Source: Minisyncoccota bacterium (GTDB taxonomy: Bacteria; Patescibacteriota; Minisyncoccia; Phycocordibacterales; PALSA-1337). Taken from it: a stretch of DNA of 64,000 bases. Below are positions 63,185-64,000 of the stretch, piece by piece (the first letter of the stretch is position 1; the number at the start of each line of letters is the position of its first letter). The stretch is from the NCBI GenBank assembly GCA_041662725.1, contig JBAZRX010000004.1, positions 2,668 through 66,667 on the forward strand, read 5' to 3'. The position numbers and the translations under genes are program-made. Below the pieces are notes generated by a model. The model saw nothing but the letters and a program-made list of their open reading frames with translations. It was not told the origin of the DNA and made no database searches.

Positions 63185-64000
63185 TTAATTATTAATAGTT
63201 AGCTGATAAACAAAACCTCCCTTATGTTTGTCATTGTCATAGACACGCACGGATGGATGAACCTTCGGGAGAAGTTCACGGCCACAAAGAACACCAATCG
63301 GGGCTGGCACAGCCGGAAATAGATCAACTTGAGATATTCCAGGGTGTTCGCGAACAATGGTTGCTATTGCCAGTTGATATTGGTTCCGGAATTCATCCAA
63401 ATCTTGCCTTGTTCGTAAAAAAGTCGGATTCGGGGTCACATTTCCAAGGGTGAGTTCGTAAACAGAATATTCTGCTATGATTTCAGTTGGTAGAGTTACA
63501 TTATCTATTGTTCCACTGAGTGAAAGCAGTAAAGCGACTCCACCACTCTTTGTGCCATTTTGGCGCTTCTGAAAAACATACTGGGCAGGATCTCCAGATG
63601 TTTTCCATGTCCAGTTCTCGGTGTCACGATGTCTTTGGTAGAGATCAAGGGGGACCTTGTTGCTCAATTGGCTCCCCAGATAAATCAGTACAGGAATGGG
63701 CGCAAGTGCAAAAAGTGAAATATGTTTACTTCGCTTGACTTCTCGGCTAGCACCTAATAATTCACGCAACTGCTCCTGAATCGTATCACAAGCTGCATTG
63801 ATAAACGCAGAACTCCCAGTAGGTATCTGTGTCAAATCAATTAACATCCCCTCTTTTGAGAGAGGATAACGCGGCGTTATCGCTTGAAGAATTTGATCAA
63901 AAGGCACCTCAACTGTTTGATCACCAATTCGACTTTTAACATGAAGAATTGATGTTTTTTGTTCGGGACCTAAGCCTGTAACATGATGAATACGCTCTTC
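63185..64000 (-). CDS. SAVED-domain CBASS effector (5' partial; probably Cap5-like HNH-SAVED)
   Basis: FALAPIPVLIYLG, YQRHR...WTW, LSLSG, FPAVPAP..V.CGR; the frame stays open to the window edge (EERIHHVTG...). Confidence 0.85.
   Translation of the reverse strand, partial: EERIHHVTGLGPEQKTSILHVKSRIGDQTVEVPFDQILQAITPRYPLSKEGMLIDLTQIPTGSSAFINAACDTIQEQLRELLGASREVKRSKHISLFALAPIPVLIYLGSQLSNKVPLDLYQRHRDTENWTWKTSGDPAQYVFQKRQNGTKSGGVALLLSLSGTIDNVTLPTEIIAEYSVYELTLGNVTPNPTFLRTRQDLDEFRNQYQLAIATIVREHPGISQVDLFPAVPAPIGVLCGRELLPKVHPSVRVYDNDKHKGGFVYQLTINN

Overview
AT-rich bacterial chromosome segment. The gene content and style point to a Patescibacteria/CPR (Parcubacteria-like) genome, which is an inference. 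It carries housekeeping genes (groES/groEL, secG, rnj, rplY, tgt, gatB, obgE) and a fermentative redox cluster (Fe-S assembly, ferredoxin, ADP-forming acetate-CoA ligase, 2-oxoacid:ferredoxin oxidoreductase, NiFe hydrogenase, fba, PfkB kinase). It also has two very large surface proteins, pyrE, two pyrF genes, purH, two toxin-antitoxin pairs and a CBASS operon cut by the right edge. The main discovery is a GC-rich modular palindromic repeat family: a 13-nt GAGGN-NNN-NCCTC monomer plus 37/38-nt GTRG-hairpin modules. I found it by eye at about 30 loci, centred on an HUH/Y1 REP-associated-type tyrosine transposase (24571-25158) that is itself bracketed by the repeats. About 18 arrays sit in frame inside 11 otherwise intact enzymes (peptides such as EASPRGEAS and RPRLEA). 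Other copies overlap stop codons, and one forms a 48-bp palindromic bidirectional promoter. All counts and coordinates were read manually and no database searches were run.
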